Below the pieces are notes generated by a model. The model was given only the letters and a program-made list of their open reading frames with translations. It searched no databases and was not told the DNA's origin. Shown piece by piece: positions 22,442-35,340 of a stretch of 64,000 nt of DNA. Within the stretch, counting starts at the first letter, position 1; the number at the start of each line of letters is the position of its first letter. Source of the stretch: Heteronotia binoei (taxonomy: Eukaryota). Location of the stretch: assembly GCF_032191835.1 (NCBI RefSeq), contig NC_083243.1:170562001-170626000 (forward strand), read 5' to 3'. Made by a program: the position numbers and the translations under genes.

Positions 22442-22609
22442 CCTCCAAACTTCTCTACAATGGCTTTGCGCGACTGCACTCTGGGTGGCATACGTGGCCT
22501 GGTTAGTTCCCGTCGGTCAAATGCAGGCCTTGTCTTTTTCTCCTTGGCAGTGGCTGCCCCCTCAGCAGCAGGGCGCTGCTCTTGATCCCCACTTGAAGTG
22601 GCTTCAGTG
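22442..22609 (-). CDS. SMTNL1: SMTNL1 exon (TEATSSGDQEQRP…RPRMPPRVQSRKAIVEKFG)
   Basis: cccag acceptor, gtgagc donor, 168 bp, phase 2 to 2; RKAIVEKFGG motif. Confidence 0.9.
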
Positions 22610-23124
22610 CTGGGAACCCAAAGCAAATCAAACAGAGGTTGGACAAGGGGAGACAACAGGATAAATCTGAGCTCAGTTTCTTAATACAGTGGGTCTCAAA
22701 ATGCAAGGAGCAGAGGCAGATATCATTGGTAAGAAAGGTGAAAGTCCCTTCCTGATCACGTCCCCATCATTTTGGTTGTTTGCCAGAACCAGGTATACTC
22801 TACTGTTGTAGATGTTTTTTCTATGGTCCTGTTTCCAACTTGTGCCCAGGTCAAGAGTGAGCTTTGTCTGTCTATTTTTCTTAGTTTTGACTGAAAGTTT
22901 TCCAATTTAAACAGAAACAATTTAAACCAACTATGGTAATTATTATGTTGTTACTGGGTAATACTTTGGGACTTGTTACTGATATAAACTCTTAGCCTGA
23001 AACTAGAATGAAACATGTAACTAGTTACTGCTCATATTTTTAACCTCCGCAATTACTACTGAGTTTTGCAGTGTCTCTACATCCCTCCTTCCCTCCCATG
23101 CCAGAGTTCCTCCCAGAGACTCAC

Positions 23125-23179
23125 TTGGTAGTTTGCCCAGTAGCAGTTTCTGCAGCTGTTGTGTTTGAAGTGGTGCCAC
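23125..23179 (-). CDS. SMTNL1: SMTNL1 small exon (GTTSNTTAAETATGQTT)
   Basis: ctctag acceptor, gtgagt donor, 55 bp; supplies exactly the phase 1 to 2 shift needed between its neighbours. Confidence 0.75.
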
Positions 23180-23504
23180 CTAGAGGATATTGCACAAATA
23201 CATTGAAATTAAGGCTGCTTTCCACGCTATAACTCTTTTGCATTGCTGAAGGGTTCGTTTTCTCAAATCAGAGTTGAAACAGAGCACTTACTATGCAGGC
23301 TGTCTTTCCCACTAAAATCTGGCAATGCCCATCCTGCTGGGCAAGATCTTATAATATTTACCTGGAAGTAAATCAAGCTTTATTCTGCAAAAATCCTAGT
23401 TTACCCTGCAGTTGTCCCTTTAATTTTTATTAGCCTTGTTTGCTTCATCATGTAGCTGTGAGTACTTCGGCCTCCAATTTTTAATTAATATTAATTAATT
23501 CATG

Positions 23505-23670
23505 CCCTGAGCTTGGTAGCCCAGGCTGGCCTGATCTTATCAGATCTTGGAAGCTAGGCAGGATCAGGTTGCTACACAGAGACTGGTGTTCCTCTCTTGC
23601 CTTGAAGACCTTACACATTTGCCATAAATCAGCTGTAACCTGATGGCACTTTCCATCACCATCAGTTAAT
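23505..23670 (+). mobile_element. Degraded 5S rRNA-derived SINE (5S-Sauria-like)
   Basis: cctgatcttatcagatcttggaagctaggcagg resembles the 5S internal control region, followed by a SINE body; related copies at ~30385-30570 and ~32060-32210. Confidence 0.6.
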
Positions 23671-25199
23671 TCGTGATGGCCCATGGCATGCCTGTGTGGA
23701 CCCTTAATTTCTTTTCTGGAAGGGAGGTTTTTAATTATTGTGTTTTCCCTTTGCACACAAAGTAATGTTTAATTTCCCAGGATTGTAATTTCATAACTGT
23801 GCTGCTAAAATAAAGGTAATAATCATTTGGCTTCAAATTAAAAAACAAACAAACAGTAATCACTCCCTCTCCCCCTCCCCTAAACCTGATTAAGAATTCA
23901 CTCAGGAAATCTGTTCAAGCGAACAGGAACTATTTAATCACTCTGAAAAACTGAAACTAATTTAAAACAGGAAGCAAATGTTAAGGGAGACTTCAATGGC
24001 ACAATAGACAGGCTAGTACAAAACCTGAGTTTTATGTGAAATAAGTTGTCACAAAGCAGGGGAAAATGTGGGAAAACAACAAAAATTGCTGGAATGCAAT
24101 GATTCTAGATCCTCTATAAAATTGAATGAATGTTATGCAAAGCCCTTCATTGCCTTGGACCCTCATATCTGCAGGACTTCACTAAATAATGCATTTTACA
24201 TCAGGATTTTTACTGTGTAAGAATAGCAAAAATCCAGATGTAAAACACATTATTTAGTGTAGTGTGAATATATGTCTCCCCCTGTGCTCTACCATGACTG
24301 CTTCACTTATCTGAGCAGGGCCTTCTGCAGTTGCCAACCTGCAAATGGGGCAAAATCAGCAACTGCATTTTGTGTTGTGCTTCCCCCCCACCCCTGCACC
24401 TTGTGGAATGGCCTCCCTTTCCAATGGACTAGTGGAAAGGTTGTTGTGGGGCTGGGTTGTTCTTGGCTTCTTTTGTGGTCTTCTGCTTGCCAGCCTAGGA
24501 TGGAAGGTCTGTATTCTGCACCCAGCATCCCTGACATAATGATGTCACTTCTAGGCAATGTCATCATTTTGAGGACGTCATGCATGATGTCCCACCCACC
24601 CTCAGAACGCCCCCCAATCCCCTTGCTGCAACAACATGGGGACCTGGCAACTCTTATGTTCCATTGTTTATTAAATGTCCTGTCTTGTCTGTTGTATTGA
24701 TTCATCCTGTGTAATCTGCCTGTAGTCCCAGAGTGAAAGGCGGATTACAATAAATATTACAGATCTTAAAAAAAAACACCCTAGTATGGAAGCCATTTAA
24801 GTAAGAAATGATATCTATCTTGATCTTTTCTATCATTATTCTCAGAAATGGCAAGGCCCTTGTCTCCCTCAGCTTTATTTAGGGAAATGTGAGTGAAGGC
24901 CTTGAGAAAGTTCCAGTGGAGAGGAGCATGAAGAAGCACTGTCTCCTGAACACTGGCTAGAACACTTTGAAGGCATCACTTGCGCGGTTTTAGTTCCAGG
25001 ATAAGAAGGAGGGGGTTTTTTTGGGGGGGGGGGGGTGAAATTGAAAGCTGTGATCCTCAAGATTCTGTGCTTGTTGCCAGATGCCACACTTGCTGGCATT
25101 CCATGTAATCAGTCAAGAATATCAGCTCTGACTATGAGCTCATGTAATTTGTTCTACCAACGATTACGTTCTTAAGGTGTTGGGTTACATTTTCCTCAC

Positions 25200-25335
25200 C
25201 TTCCTCCAAGCTTTTGAATCCTGTGGGGCTTTCTGGGCCCTCATCAGGAGAGCTTGCGGAGACTTCTGGCCAGTACTCTTCTTCATCCTCTGGTTCTGGT
25301 GAGAGAGGTTCATTTGAAGTGCTGCCTGTTCGGCC
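25200..25335 (-). CDS. SMTNL1: SMTNL1 exon (GRTGSTSNEPLSPEPEDEEEYWPEVSASSPDEGPESPTGFKSLEE)
   Basis: cacag acceptor, gtgagg donor, 136 bp, phase 0 to 1; PESPTG motif as in mammalian SMTNL1. Confidence 0.85.
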
Positions 25336-25872
25336 CTGTGCATGTGAAATGGAAAGAACCAAACCACATTAATTGTGTTCATACATTGCAGGGAGTGGCG
25401 TTCATTCTTGGCCTGTTGACCAGTGGTTTCCAGAGCATGTCTATGCTCTGACCTGAGGTCTCAAAGTTTCCCAGAAATAATTTGGACCCTAGTATCTGAG
25501 TTCTTATGATACACAGGCAATGTTAATGCGTTTACAAAGGAACCACTTACATGTGAAGGAAACAGAAATATGAGTCACGTATGTTTACAGAACTGCACAG
25601 GAATAAGCTCCCTCATGCAACATTTCCATTCTGCTCTATGACTTGTAGAATAACAGCTCCTCCTGTCAAATTAAAGGCAGGGAGCTCTGAACGCATGTGT
25701 GGGTTTGTGTACAATACAGGAAAAAGAAAAAGCATATAAAAGCTAAGTATGTGAAATAAACCAGGGAACAAGATGCATATGACTGAAGTGTATATGGTTT
25801 TGTCTGTCTGCCTGTAGATTTTTTAAAAATAGTTATGTATCCTGGGCAAGTCTGAAACAAAGGCACAGGGAA

Positions 25873-26080
25873 GGGAGGGACAGTGGCTCAGTGGTAGAGC
25901 ATCTGCTTGGGAAGCAGAAGGTCCCAGGTTCAATCCCTGGCATCTCCAAAAAAGGGTCCAGGCAAATAGGTGTGAAAAACCTCAGCTTGAGACCCTGGAG
26001 AGCCGCTGCCAGTCTGAGAAGACAATACTGACTTTGATGGACCAAGGGTCTGATTCAGTAGAAGGCAGCTTCATATGTTC
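25873..26080 (+). mobile_element. tRNA-derived SINE (Squam2-like) with intact Pol III A and B boxes
   Basis: A box tggctcagtgg, B box ggttcaatccc, then a non-tRNA body and tail. Confidence 0.8.
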
Positions 26081-26192
26081 AAGGGGAAGCAAAATTGTAG
26101 TTCATATATGGGAAGCATTAAGGGATGACACTCAGGAAAAAGAAGTGGAAGCGGGTATTCTGATTATAACTAGAAATACACAGGGTCCCCAC

Positions 26193-26711
26193 CTCGCTAT
26201 GGGGGATGCTGGAATTATGTTCCAAGATGCCAGGTTTTTCTTCTTTCTCCTGCACTTCTAGGTTTCTATCAATTTCTTCCTTGGGCTCTGCTCCAGATAC
26301 AACCACCTTATCTTCAATCACTGCCTGGTCTTCTTGGCTTGTTTCCCTTGCTGCCTTCACTTTCTCTGTAATTCCAGCTGTCTGTACCTCCTCATCACCC
26401 AAAGCTTTTTCTGCTGCCTGGTTTTCTTTCTTGGTATCATACCCAGCAGCCTCAGCTTTCCCAGCCTCACCCTCTCCCTTAGCTATATTTCCTGCAGGCT
26501 CTGTCTCCCTTGCCTCTCCTGCAGCCTCATCTCCAGAAGCCTCTACTTTCCCTGTCTCATGCTCTCCCTCAGACTCATTCCCAGCAGCCTCTACTGTCCC
26601 TGCCTCACTCTCTCCCTTAGTCTCTGTCTGAGCCCCCTCTGAGTCTTTGTTCTGCCCTGGGTCATTGCTGTTGTGGACTTCCTCCTGTTTTTTGGTGCCT
26701 TCAGCGTCCAT
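26193..26711 (-). CDS. SMTNL1: SMTNL1 first coding exon, acidic low-complexity N-terminus (MDAEGTKKQEEV…SIPHSE); exon begins at 26768
   Basis: tttcag acceptor before 26768, ATG in strong Kozak context (atcATGg), gtgggg donor. The seven exons sum to 1278 nt, one open frame of 425 aa. Confidence 0.8.
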
Positions 26712-27634
26712 GATGCCACGCGCCTCTACTGTTTCAGTGGAAGATGAAGCAGGTAGCCTCTTTGAGTTCTGAAAGATACAGTGCAAGGAATAAAATGCGG
26801 ACATCAGATTGTTAAAAGCCTCCAGTCCTTCATGCAAATGATAATTGGTGTTGCCAGATTCATGTGTAACACTTTATTTCTCTGCACAATTACTGCACAC
26901 TTAGTAACACAAATGACTGTAGGAACTGCTTAAATGAATTGAATGTATAAACTGAAAAGTATTGTATTTGATTTGTAACACTAAAGATTTAGATGTGGTG
27001 TTAGTTAAATGATGGTATTCACACAGGAAAGCCATCAATTAATATGGCAGTCATCAAAAGATGTATATGCATGTATGAACTGAGCCATGAGCTTTCGAAA
27101 GACAGGGAGTTCCTTCATTAAGGGTTCTATGATGGACTCATAAACACTGTCATATCTTGAAAACCCACTGACTTTGCCCGTTTCTTACTTGCTTTCAACA
27201 TACTACACACTATTGTCTGTAGCCAAGCTAAGCTAGCCACATTTGATCAAATTTCTTGGACAGGGAACAGGATTTACATAAGGTATTTTAGGGGCTACAG
27301 TATCCACCCAGTGCAGAAACAGTAAATAAAATATAATAATAATAAATGTAGCCAGTCAATTTTTATGTATGATTTTCAAATCTGATTATTGGAACTGTGA
27401 ACAAACAAGACAGATTTTTTTTTACAAACCTGAGAAAAACTCTAGGTTTGCAAAAAAAGCAAATTATAGAGACATCTGTACCTTTAAGTAACAAAGATCC
27501 TCTATAGTTTAGTGGCCATTGTGGAAGTTGTTAGGCAACTACAACAGTATCACCAACCTTCAAGCTTTGGTTTCTGTATGTAAAAGGCAGGGAGAGGGAG
27601 CAGGGCCCCTCTAAGGCCTGTACTGGTCTTTGAA

Positions 27635-27915
27635 GGAAGAAGAAGATTTTGGATTTATATCCCACCCTATACTCTGAATTTCAAAGTCTCAGAGCGGTCA
27701 CAATCTTCTCTACCTTCCCCCCACACACACACACACAACAAACACCCTGTGAGGTAGGTGGGGCTGAGAGTGCTTTTATAGCAGCTGCCCTTTCAAGGAC
27801 AGCTTCTTTGAAAGCTATGGCTGACCCAAGGCCATCTCAGCAGGTGCAAGTGGAGGAGTGGGCAATCAAACCCAGTTCTCCCAGATAAGAGTCCGCGCAC
27901 TTATCCACTATACCA
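27635..27915 (-). mobile_element. Squam3-like SINE
   Basis: Homologous to 8440-8765; includes a (CA)n stretch. Confidence 0.75.
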
Positions 27916-29071
27916 AACTGGCTCTCAGGAAAGCTGCAAGTTAATTTGGTATAGGTTAGAATGTCATACTAGGATCTGGAAGACCCAGGGTTGAATGCTT
28001 ATTCTGCCATGGAAGCTCACTGGGTGACTTTGGGTCAGTAATACACTTTTAGTCTAGCCTACTAAACAAGGTTGTTGTGAGGATAAAATGGAGTATAATT
28101 GCATAAGCTGCTTTGGTTCTTCATTGTGGAGAAAGGTGGGGTATAAATGAAGCAAATAACAAATGTGGCTGAAAAGGGGGAGCAGATAAAAGGTAGGTTG
28201 GTGGACAGGAATGAGAGAAAGAAGCAGAGAAAGGTGAGGATATGGGGATTCCCAGGAGGAAGAAATAGTGTTAGGAGGAGGATATGGGGAAAGGAAGGTG
28301 TCCCCTGCAAGTCCTTGCAGCATCCCTACTGCACAACTGACCCCTTGGCCCAAACTGCCCAGAGTTTTCCCAGAGAAAGGCTGCCATGGGAGGAAAGGAG
28401 GAAAACAGAGGGGCAGATAAAGGTGGGTTGGCTCATGGATGGGAAGGTCAAAAGGAAGCAGAAAAAAAGGCTGGGGGGGGGCTTTCAGGGAAGAATTGAG
28501 AGGGGGAAATACAATGCCCCCAACAAGTTATTGTGGGTCCCCCAGATGTGTTTGTATTCCTAATAAGGACTTACTACATGCATCTGACAAAGGGGGTTCT
28601 AGTACAGAAAGGAATAAATATTTGTTAATCTTTAAGAGGCCACAAAGTTCTATCCTAAAAGTGGGTCTGTTTCTTAAGGGAAAAAGATAACAGGGATGCC
28701 CTCTACAGGCTGTATGCTGTAATCATATTAATAAAAGTTACTGTAGGATCAAACTGAAGGCCTTATTCTGTTGTAAAAATAAAGTAATATACAGCAAAGT
28801 CTGTGAGAAGACCCTCCTCTCTGCACTGGGCTGCTTTCAGGGTTTTAATTTTTTCTGCCACTCAGACCATGGTGTGTCCGTACCTCCCCAAAATATCAGA
28901 GCAGTGCTAAACTGTTCACCTGGAAGGAAATTTAGAATATATGAGAATTTTAGATTAAGTTTAAGAAACTAGATAACTTTTTGTTTAAGGGTCTCCTGGG
29001 AGGTGAGGCTGCTTTTGAGGTTGTCGAACTGTGTGTTTGAATACTGGCAAAGGAAACAACAAGTGTCTTAC

Positions 29072-29314
29072 TCTGGATATGCGGAGGCACAAAATACAGC
29101 TCAGTGCAGGGTCCTCAAATGTGAACTTTAATCCAGCCTTCTTTGGAGACGAGCAGAGCCACACAGAAAGCTAAACTTATCAAGAGAATCTATGCTGAGC
29201 ACTGCATTCAAAACCATTTAAAGTAGCATCTTCTCTGAAGCAGAGCATGTATCCCTTAAGGCTGGGAAGAGGGGGCAGGGACTTTCTTGTCACCTAGTAA
29301 ATAATCTTTAAATA
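29072..29314 (-). promoter_or_regulatory. SMTNL1: Candidate SMTNL1 non-coding first exon and TATA-like box
   Basis: Donor ccaga|gtaaga at 29072/29071, no ATG in 29072-29200, TATTTAAAG on the minus strand at 29306-29314. Motif-level evidence only. Confidence 0.35.
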
Positions 29315-29939
29315 ATCCTTGCTGACAAATGCCAGGAAGAGCCCATGACTCAAGCATGAAACGTGCAATAGGCAAGTAGGAAAAGAAGAGGCAGGTGAAC
29401 GGGCATGTCAACTACTAAAAATACTCCTCGACATTTGCAATAGCCATGGAGAGCTCAGTATGCACAGAACACTTGAGCAAAAGGTGGCGTTATCCTGTGC
29501 CCTTCATTCTTTCTACATTAAGTTGCCAAGAGTGCCCCAGTTTTAGCAGCCCTCCATGGCCATTGGGATTTTATCCTTATAATGGCCCTTTAGGGATAAA
29601 CTCTAGAAAGTGCTTTGTCACTTTCAGAGAACAAAGCTTTTATGCAGCAGCTAAAAACAAAGGGACAAGAAATTACAAGCTAGAACAGAAGAAGGTGCTA
29701 TTTGTCCAATGAAGCTTAGTGTTTGAAGACACTAAAGGTGTCTGAGTTACATCAGCTGGCCCCTTATAAACATTAGCCTCCACAGTCAGTCTCTGCTATG
29801 CCGGCTGTGTTCTCTCCCTATTCCTGGTTCTTCCAGTGCCACTCAGTTCCAACTTAGTGCCACATTATGTTCTCCCAGCCTTGTATTTCCTGCAGGTGCA
29901 CATTCAGTTCCATGTGTTTCGTAAATCAGCAGCCTAGAA

Positions 29940-30074
29940 AGGGGTGACTAACGGTAGCTCTCCAGATGTTTTTTGCCTACAGCTCCCATCAACCCCAGCC
30001 ATTGGCCATGCTGGCTAGGGCCGATGGGAGTTGTAGGCAAAAAACATCTGAGGAGCTACCGTTGGCCACCCCTG
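29940..30074. mobile_element. Palindromic hAT-type MITE
   Basis: Inverted ends (aggggtgactaacgg / ccgttggccacccctg), self-complementary body, TSD GCCTAGAA at 29932-29939 and 30075-30082. Confidence 0.75.
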
Positions 30075-32746
30075 GCCTAGAATATACTTTGCTTAAAATG
30101 GCATTCAGAGCTGAATCAGCATCTGAGCAATGAGAATCCTATGCCTTCCTTAGATAAAACAATTAGTAAATCAACCAAATAGTGCAATCCCAAACAGAGT
30201 TATATCCTTCCAAATCTACTGAAGTCAATGGGCTTGAAAGGATGTAATCCTATGTAGGAAGGCTTGTTAGTCTCTGAGTGACTTCCTTTCCACACACACA
30301 AACGTAAGAAAAACAGCACTTCCTTGATCTGTAAGTGTGTGCATTTGTATTTAGAATCTAATAGTGGCTTGAGGGGGAAGGAAGGTGGCATAGCATAGCC
30401 CAGTCTCAGGAGCTAAGCTGGGTTGGTGCTTGAAAGGGAGACCACCAAAAAGACTCCGCTGAGGAAGGCAATGGCAAACTACCTCTGCTAAATCACTTTC
30501 TTTGAAAGCCCCTTGCTGGGGTCACCATGAATCAGCTGTGACTCGGTGACACTTTATGCACAAATCCTGGCTTGAGGATTGCTCACCATCATGACCCCAT
30601 CAGATTGTCAGACTAGGATCTTGGAGACCCAGGTTCAAATTTACCCTCTACCCCAGCATGGTGTAGTGGCTAGAGTGACAGACTAAGATCTGGAAGACCC
30701 AGGTTCAAATTCACCTACTCTGGGTCACCCTGGGCCAGTTATTCACTCTAACCTACCTCACAGAGCTGTTGTCGTGAAGATACGGTGGTGGTGGGGAGAA
30801 TATTTTAAGCCAACTGGGTTCCCATTAGAAAGAAAAGTAGGGTATAAATATCCAAATAAATAAATAAACCTATTTGAACATGAGCCAGGCACCAAAATCT
30901 CCTGAGACGCACAAGTTTTTACTGCTTCTCCTACACTTCATTTCTAATGTGCCCTTTAGTAAACAGAAGGTCTATGCTTATGATTATTGGTGGATGGGTA
31001 GAAATCCATCACATGCATCTTTCTATATCTCTACATCTCTGTGCCAGAAAAGCTTCACCTGCTGAATTTCTGCCACAATCTTTTGGATCATAAATATGGA
31101 ACCAGCCCTAAGCAGCACCACACAGCTTCATCTTCCTGTTTCCAAGCAAGACCCACACAGACATCCTGTCTCTGCCTGCACTTCTGAACATCCTCCACCC
31201 TCCATTTGACTAAGAGAACATTATAGTTCTAGTATACAGTAATAACAAAGACTTCTCTTCCAACTCTATTTGTCTTAACTGTCCAGGAACTGTTCTTGAA
31301 TTGCTTGGAGCCACAATGTGTCCATCCCTGCATGACTGAGAAATAAGCACTTACCTAGTATAAGGCAGCACCTACTGAATGGTCTGTCTTTTCCTCAATC
31401 TACCTCGTTCTCTCCTTCTTAAGCTTCCTTCTCAGGCTGCCTCCCCCTCCCCCCCGTCCCGCCACCACTGTGCCCACACCGCTTTTCTCATTGTTTACTA
31501 CTCTGTTGATACACCCACCCTTCCCACTGTGATGGGTAACTACAGGCTCCTATTTTTAACAGGAAGCCAACAGATGTCTCTTTCAATCACACTTCCCTCT
31601 TGTCAGAAGGGCCAGATGCAGCTAGGATAAGATGAAGAGAGCAGTTCTACTACAGGTTGGCTCTGGCCTAAGAAAGGCATTCCTTTCAGGGAATGGAATA
31701 ATTGGAAACAATTTGAGCGATGCCTACTGAGCTGACCAGATGTCTAGAGGATTGCTGTCTCAAGATACTGACCATCTTGGAGTGGATATACTCAAGCTAT
31801 GTGCTACCAATGTATGGTATTAGTGATGTATGCTATTACAGGCATTGTGATTCCTGATAAACAGCCTGATAGACGGCCAGTCAAAATTAACAAGACTGGC
31901 TTTGAGTCCTTTAGGGCATTTAAGAAGCAAATGAAAGTGACAATAGAGAAAAGAAGAAACACAGGGCCCCAGCAGAAGAATGTGAAAAATTTTAGTCACT
32001 CAGCATCAGGATTGTCATAAGTTCTGTTGTTTATTGTTAGCTGCTTTCTCAGGGTAGACCTTTAGTGTTTGGATGGGAGACCACGAAATAAATCCGGGGT
32101 CACTGCACAGAGGTAGGCAATGAAAAACCACCTCTAAATATCTTGTGCCTTGAAAACTCTCTGGGGTCACCTTAAATCACCTGTGACTTGATGACACTTT
32201 CCACCACCATCAAGCATGGTTCCAACTCTAGGACTATATTAGCTGTTTTGGTAGTATCTGGCATCCAGATGGAATAGTTTAAAGTCTTTTAACAGGCAAA
32301 AGATCAGACCTCACAAAGTTTCAAGGTTCCTGTTCAGGGTAAACACTAGGAATAAAATCTTGTAATTTCTGCCATCTTCCTTAGTACAAAGTTCTTCCTT
32401 CTGTGCCAGAGACCCAAAAAATGCTTAATTGGCAGCATATGTTAGAAATATTGTCAACACTTTTTTTGTATCATTCATAGCCTGGCCAAGTATGTTTCCT
32501 CTCTAAGCATTGCTATGGGAACTAAACGGAGATAGCTCTGTCTGGAGAACCTCTTGGCTTAGATGAACAGTTTGCCTTGTTAGTTTATTTTAAATTGTCA
32601 TCCTGGAGTGACAGTGAAAAGCTGACAAAAACTACAGGATTTACTTCTTCAGCATGACACTCTGCTGGCTTTGTCCAAGTAGGTTCTTTCCTCCACTCTT
32701 GATTTCTGCAGCAGCTCTGACACCTGGTGGCCCAAACCAAGAAACT

Positions 32747-33014
32747 AAAGGTAAAGGTAAAGATAGTCCCCTGTGCAAGCACCAGTCATTTTCGACTCTG
32801 GGGTGACATTGCTTTCACAACGTTTTCACGGCAGGCTTTTTACGGGGTGGTTTGCCATTGCCTTCCCCAGTCATCTACACTTTCCCCCCAGCAAGCTGGG
32901 TACTCATTTTACCGACCTCGGAAGGATGGAAGGCTGAGTCAACCTGAGCTGGCTACCTGAAACCAGCTTCCACTGGGATCAAACTCAGATCGTGAGCAGA
33001 GAGTTCAGACTGCA
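32747..33014 (-). mobile_element. Sauria SINE
   Basis: (AAAGGT)n tail, diagnostic core gctgggtactcattttaccgacctcggaaggatggaaggctgagtcaacc. Confidence 0.9.
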
Positions 33015-34234
33015 ACAGAGGACAATGACGGTGAGAGTAGGGTGGTGGAATCATGAGTGGGAAGAGTTGAACAGCACGCCACTGAGGAAACAGTTCTGAT
33101 GTCACATGTAATTCTGGGAGGTTTTCAGGTTACACCTTGAGGTTGGCATCCTTATAAGCTCCATTGCATGTCATTTGGCTTGCGGAAGTTATATAGTCTG
33201 CAGTGCAGGAGGCTTTTACCAACACTAGTGTTCCCAGCCCAGTATTTCTGTTTTATACTTGTAGAGTCTGAAAATGTTCATGGTGGAAATAAACGAGAAT
33301 AAAGCAGCAGGTTTTAGGAATATAGTCATGGTGTCACACCAGTTTAAATATTAAAATGCTTTAAATGTTTTAAAGAATCTCAGGAATCAAAGTTTCATCA
33401 GAGTTTCATCAAAGTTGAAAATTCTTTGTCAGAGGTCTTATCCTGCCCCATCACTAAACTTGCTTCCGTTGGCTGAATTTTAAGGTTTGGCTCACTTACT
33501 AGACTGGTCTGCAGCTTAAAACCTACCCTTTCCAGCAGCCTATTTACTGAGGAATGTGCACATGCTTGATTTACAGTTTATCCTGGTAAATAAATGTGTG
33601 AGGTGAGGTAATCATTGCCATACTTTACATCAAGTTATGAAAATCATTTCACATACACTTTGTGATTGACTAATTTTTCAAGCCGCTATCATTGTCTCTA
33701 AAGTCTTTTCTGCCAATTCTTTCTGGCTGGCTTTTGGATCTTGTAGGAAGATTTAAATACTTGATTCTATTATCTGCAGCTCTTATATGTTAAGTATTCT
33801 TGTGCTGGTGTTAGCTAGGCATGGATACAACTTGACTTCTATTTCTTCCAGACCTTTTTGTTACCAGCTCCAGTTTGAAATGACTCAAATAAAGCCTGCC
33901 TAGGAGTTAAGTAAGCATTGAGACCTTTGTCTGACCCAGCACTCTAACCAGCTAGAGAAGACTGTATCTTTTGGGGTTTTTTTTTTAACACCTCTTACTA
34001 TTTTAGATGTTTTCTGCTTTGTACCTTTTAATGTTGTATAAATTCTGAGTTATAATCAAATACTTTGTATTTTATGGCATTGATTTTAGAGTATTTACTC
34101 TTAATCTTTCTATTTAAAATAAATATTACCTTTAAAGTACAATATTGTGTGTAGAAAGTCAATGTGGTGTGCTGGTTGGAGAATACTGAAACAGGAGTAG
34201 GGAGACCTGAGTTCAAATTCCTCCCAGCATGAAT

Positions 34235-34628
34235 NNNNNNNNNNNNNNNNNNNNNNNNNNNNNNNNNNNNNNNNNNNNNNNNNNNNNNNNNNNNNNNNNN
34301 NNNNNNNNNNNNNNNNNNNNNNNNNNNNNNNNNNNNNNNNNNNNNNNNNNNNNNNNNNNNNNNNNNNNNNNNNNNNNNNNNNNNNNNNNNNNNNNNNNNN
34401 NNNNNNNNNNNNNNNNNNNNNNNNNNNNNNNNNNNNNNNNNNNNNNNNNNNNNNNNNNNNNNNNNNNNNNNNNNNNNNNNNNNNNNNNNNNNNNNNNNNN
34501 NNNNNNNNNNNNNNNNNNNNNNNNNNNNNNNNNNNNNNNNNNNNNNNNNNNNNNNNNNNNNNNNNNNNNNNNNNNNNNNNNNNNNNNNNNNNNNNNNNNN
34601 NNNNNNNNNNNNNNNNNNNNNNNNNNNN
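34235..34628. other. Assembly gap (N run)
   Basis: Run of N. Confidence 1.
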
Positions 34629-34699
34629 TCTGGGTGATGTACATCTGATAAAAATACATAAGTAAGACAATATTCAATTTAATATAGTAAAACAATAAC

Positions 34700-35340
34700 A
34701 ATAAAAGTACCAACCCCCAATGGTGTTTTGATAGTTATGTTCATTTTCTTCAGACTATTGGAGCATACGGGGGGGGAGGGGGGAGGAGAGGGAGGAACAC
34801 TTTTGGTCAGAAGTGTCCAAGAGGATAGACAACCAACTATTACTGTCCTCTGTCAAAAACCTCTATCAAAAGCTTGGTGGAACATCTCTGCCTTACAGCT
34901 CTTGGGGAATTGTAGAAGATCCCACAGGGCCCAGACATTGTCTGGCAGAGAGTTCCACCAGGTAGGAGCTGGGACTGAGACTCGGACTGGCCCTAGTTGA
35001 GGGCAGTCAAGCTTCTTTGGGGCTGGGGATTACCAGCAAGTTGTTACCAACAGAGCGCAACACCCTAACAAGGACATAAAGGAGATGACGGTCTTCGATA
35101 CATTGGTCCCAGACCGCTCAAGGCCTTAAAGGTCAATACTAAAACCTTGAACCTGACCCCATACTCAACTGGAAGGCAGTGTAGCTGGCACAGCACAGGT
35201 TGTACATGTGTCGTCCGTGGCATTCCCAACAGGATTCACACTGCCGCATTCTGGACCTGTTGGAGTTTCCAGATCAGTCCCAAGGGGAGGCCGGCGAAGA
35301 GTGAGTTACAGTAGTCTAATCTGGAAATGACCATCGCATG
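34700..35340 (-). mobile_element. L2 LINE 3' fragment (RT C-terminal region)
   Basis: [19 protein letters not shown]…QNAA is an L2 ORF2 motif; homologous to 48790-49385. Confidence 0.85.

Noticed and set aside
23505-23570. 5S rRNA gene
   Set aside because: Only a degraded internal segment followed by SINE sequence.
25873-25950. tRNA gene (A and B boxes present)
   Set aside because: No complete cloverleaf, and it continues into a SINE body; the same applies to the head at 47390.
34110-34713. ORFs spanning the second gap
   Set aside because: Made mostly of X from N bases.
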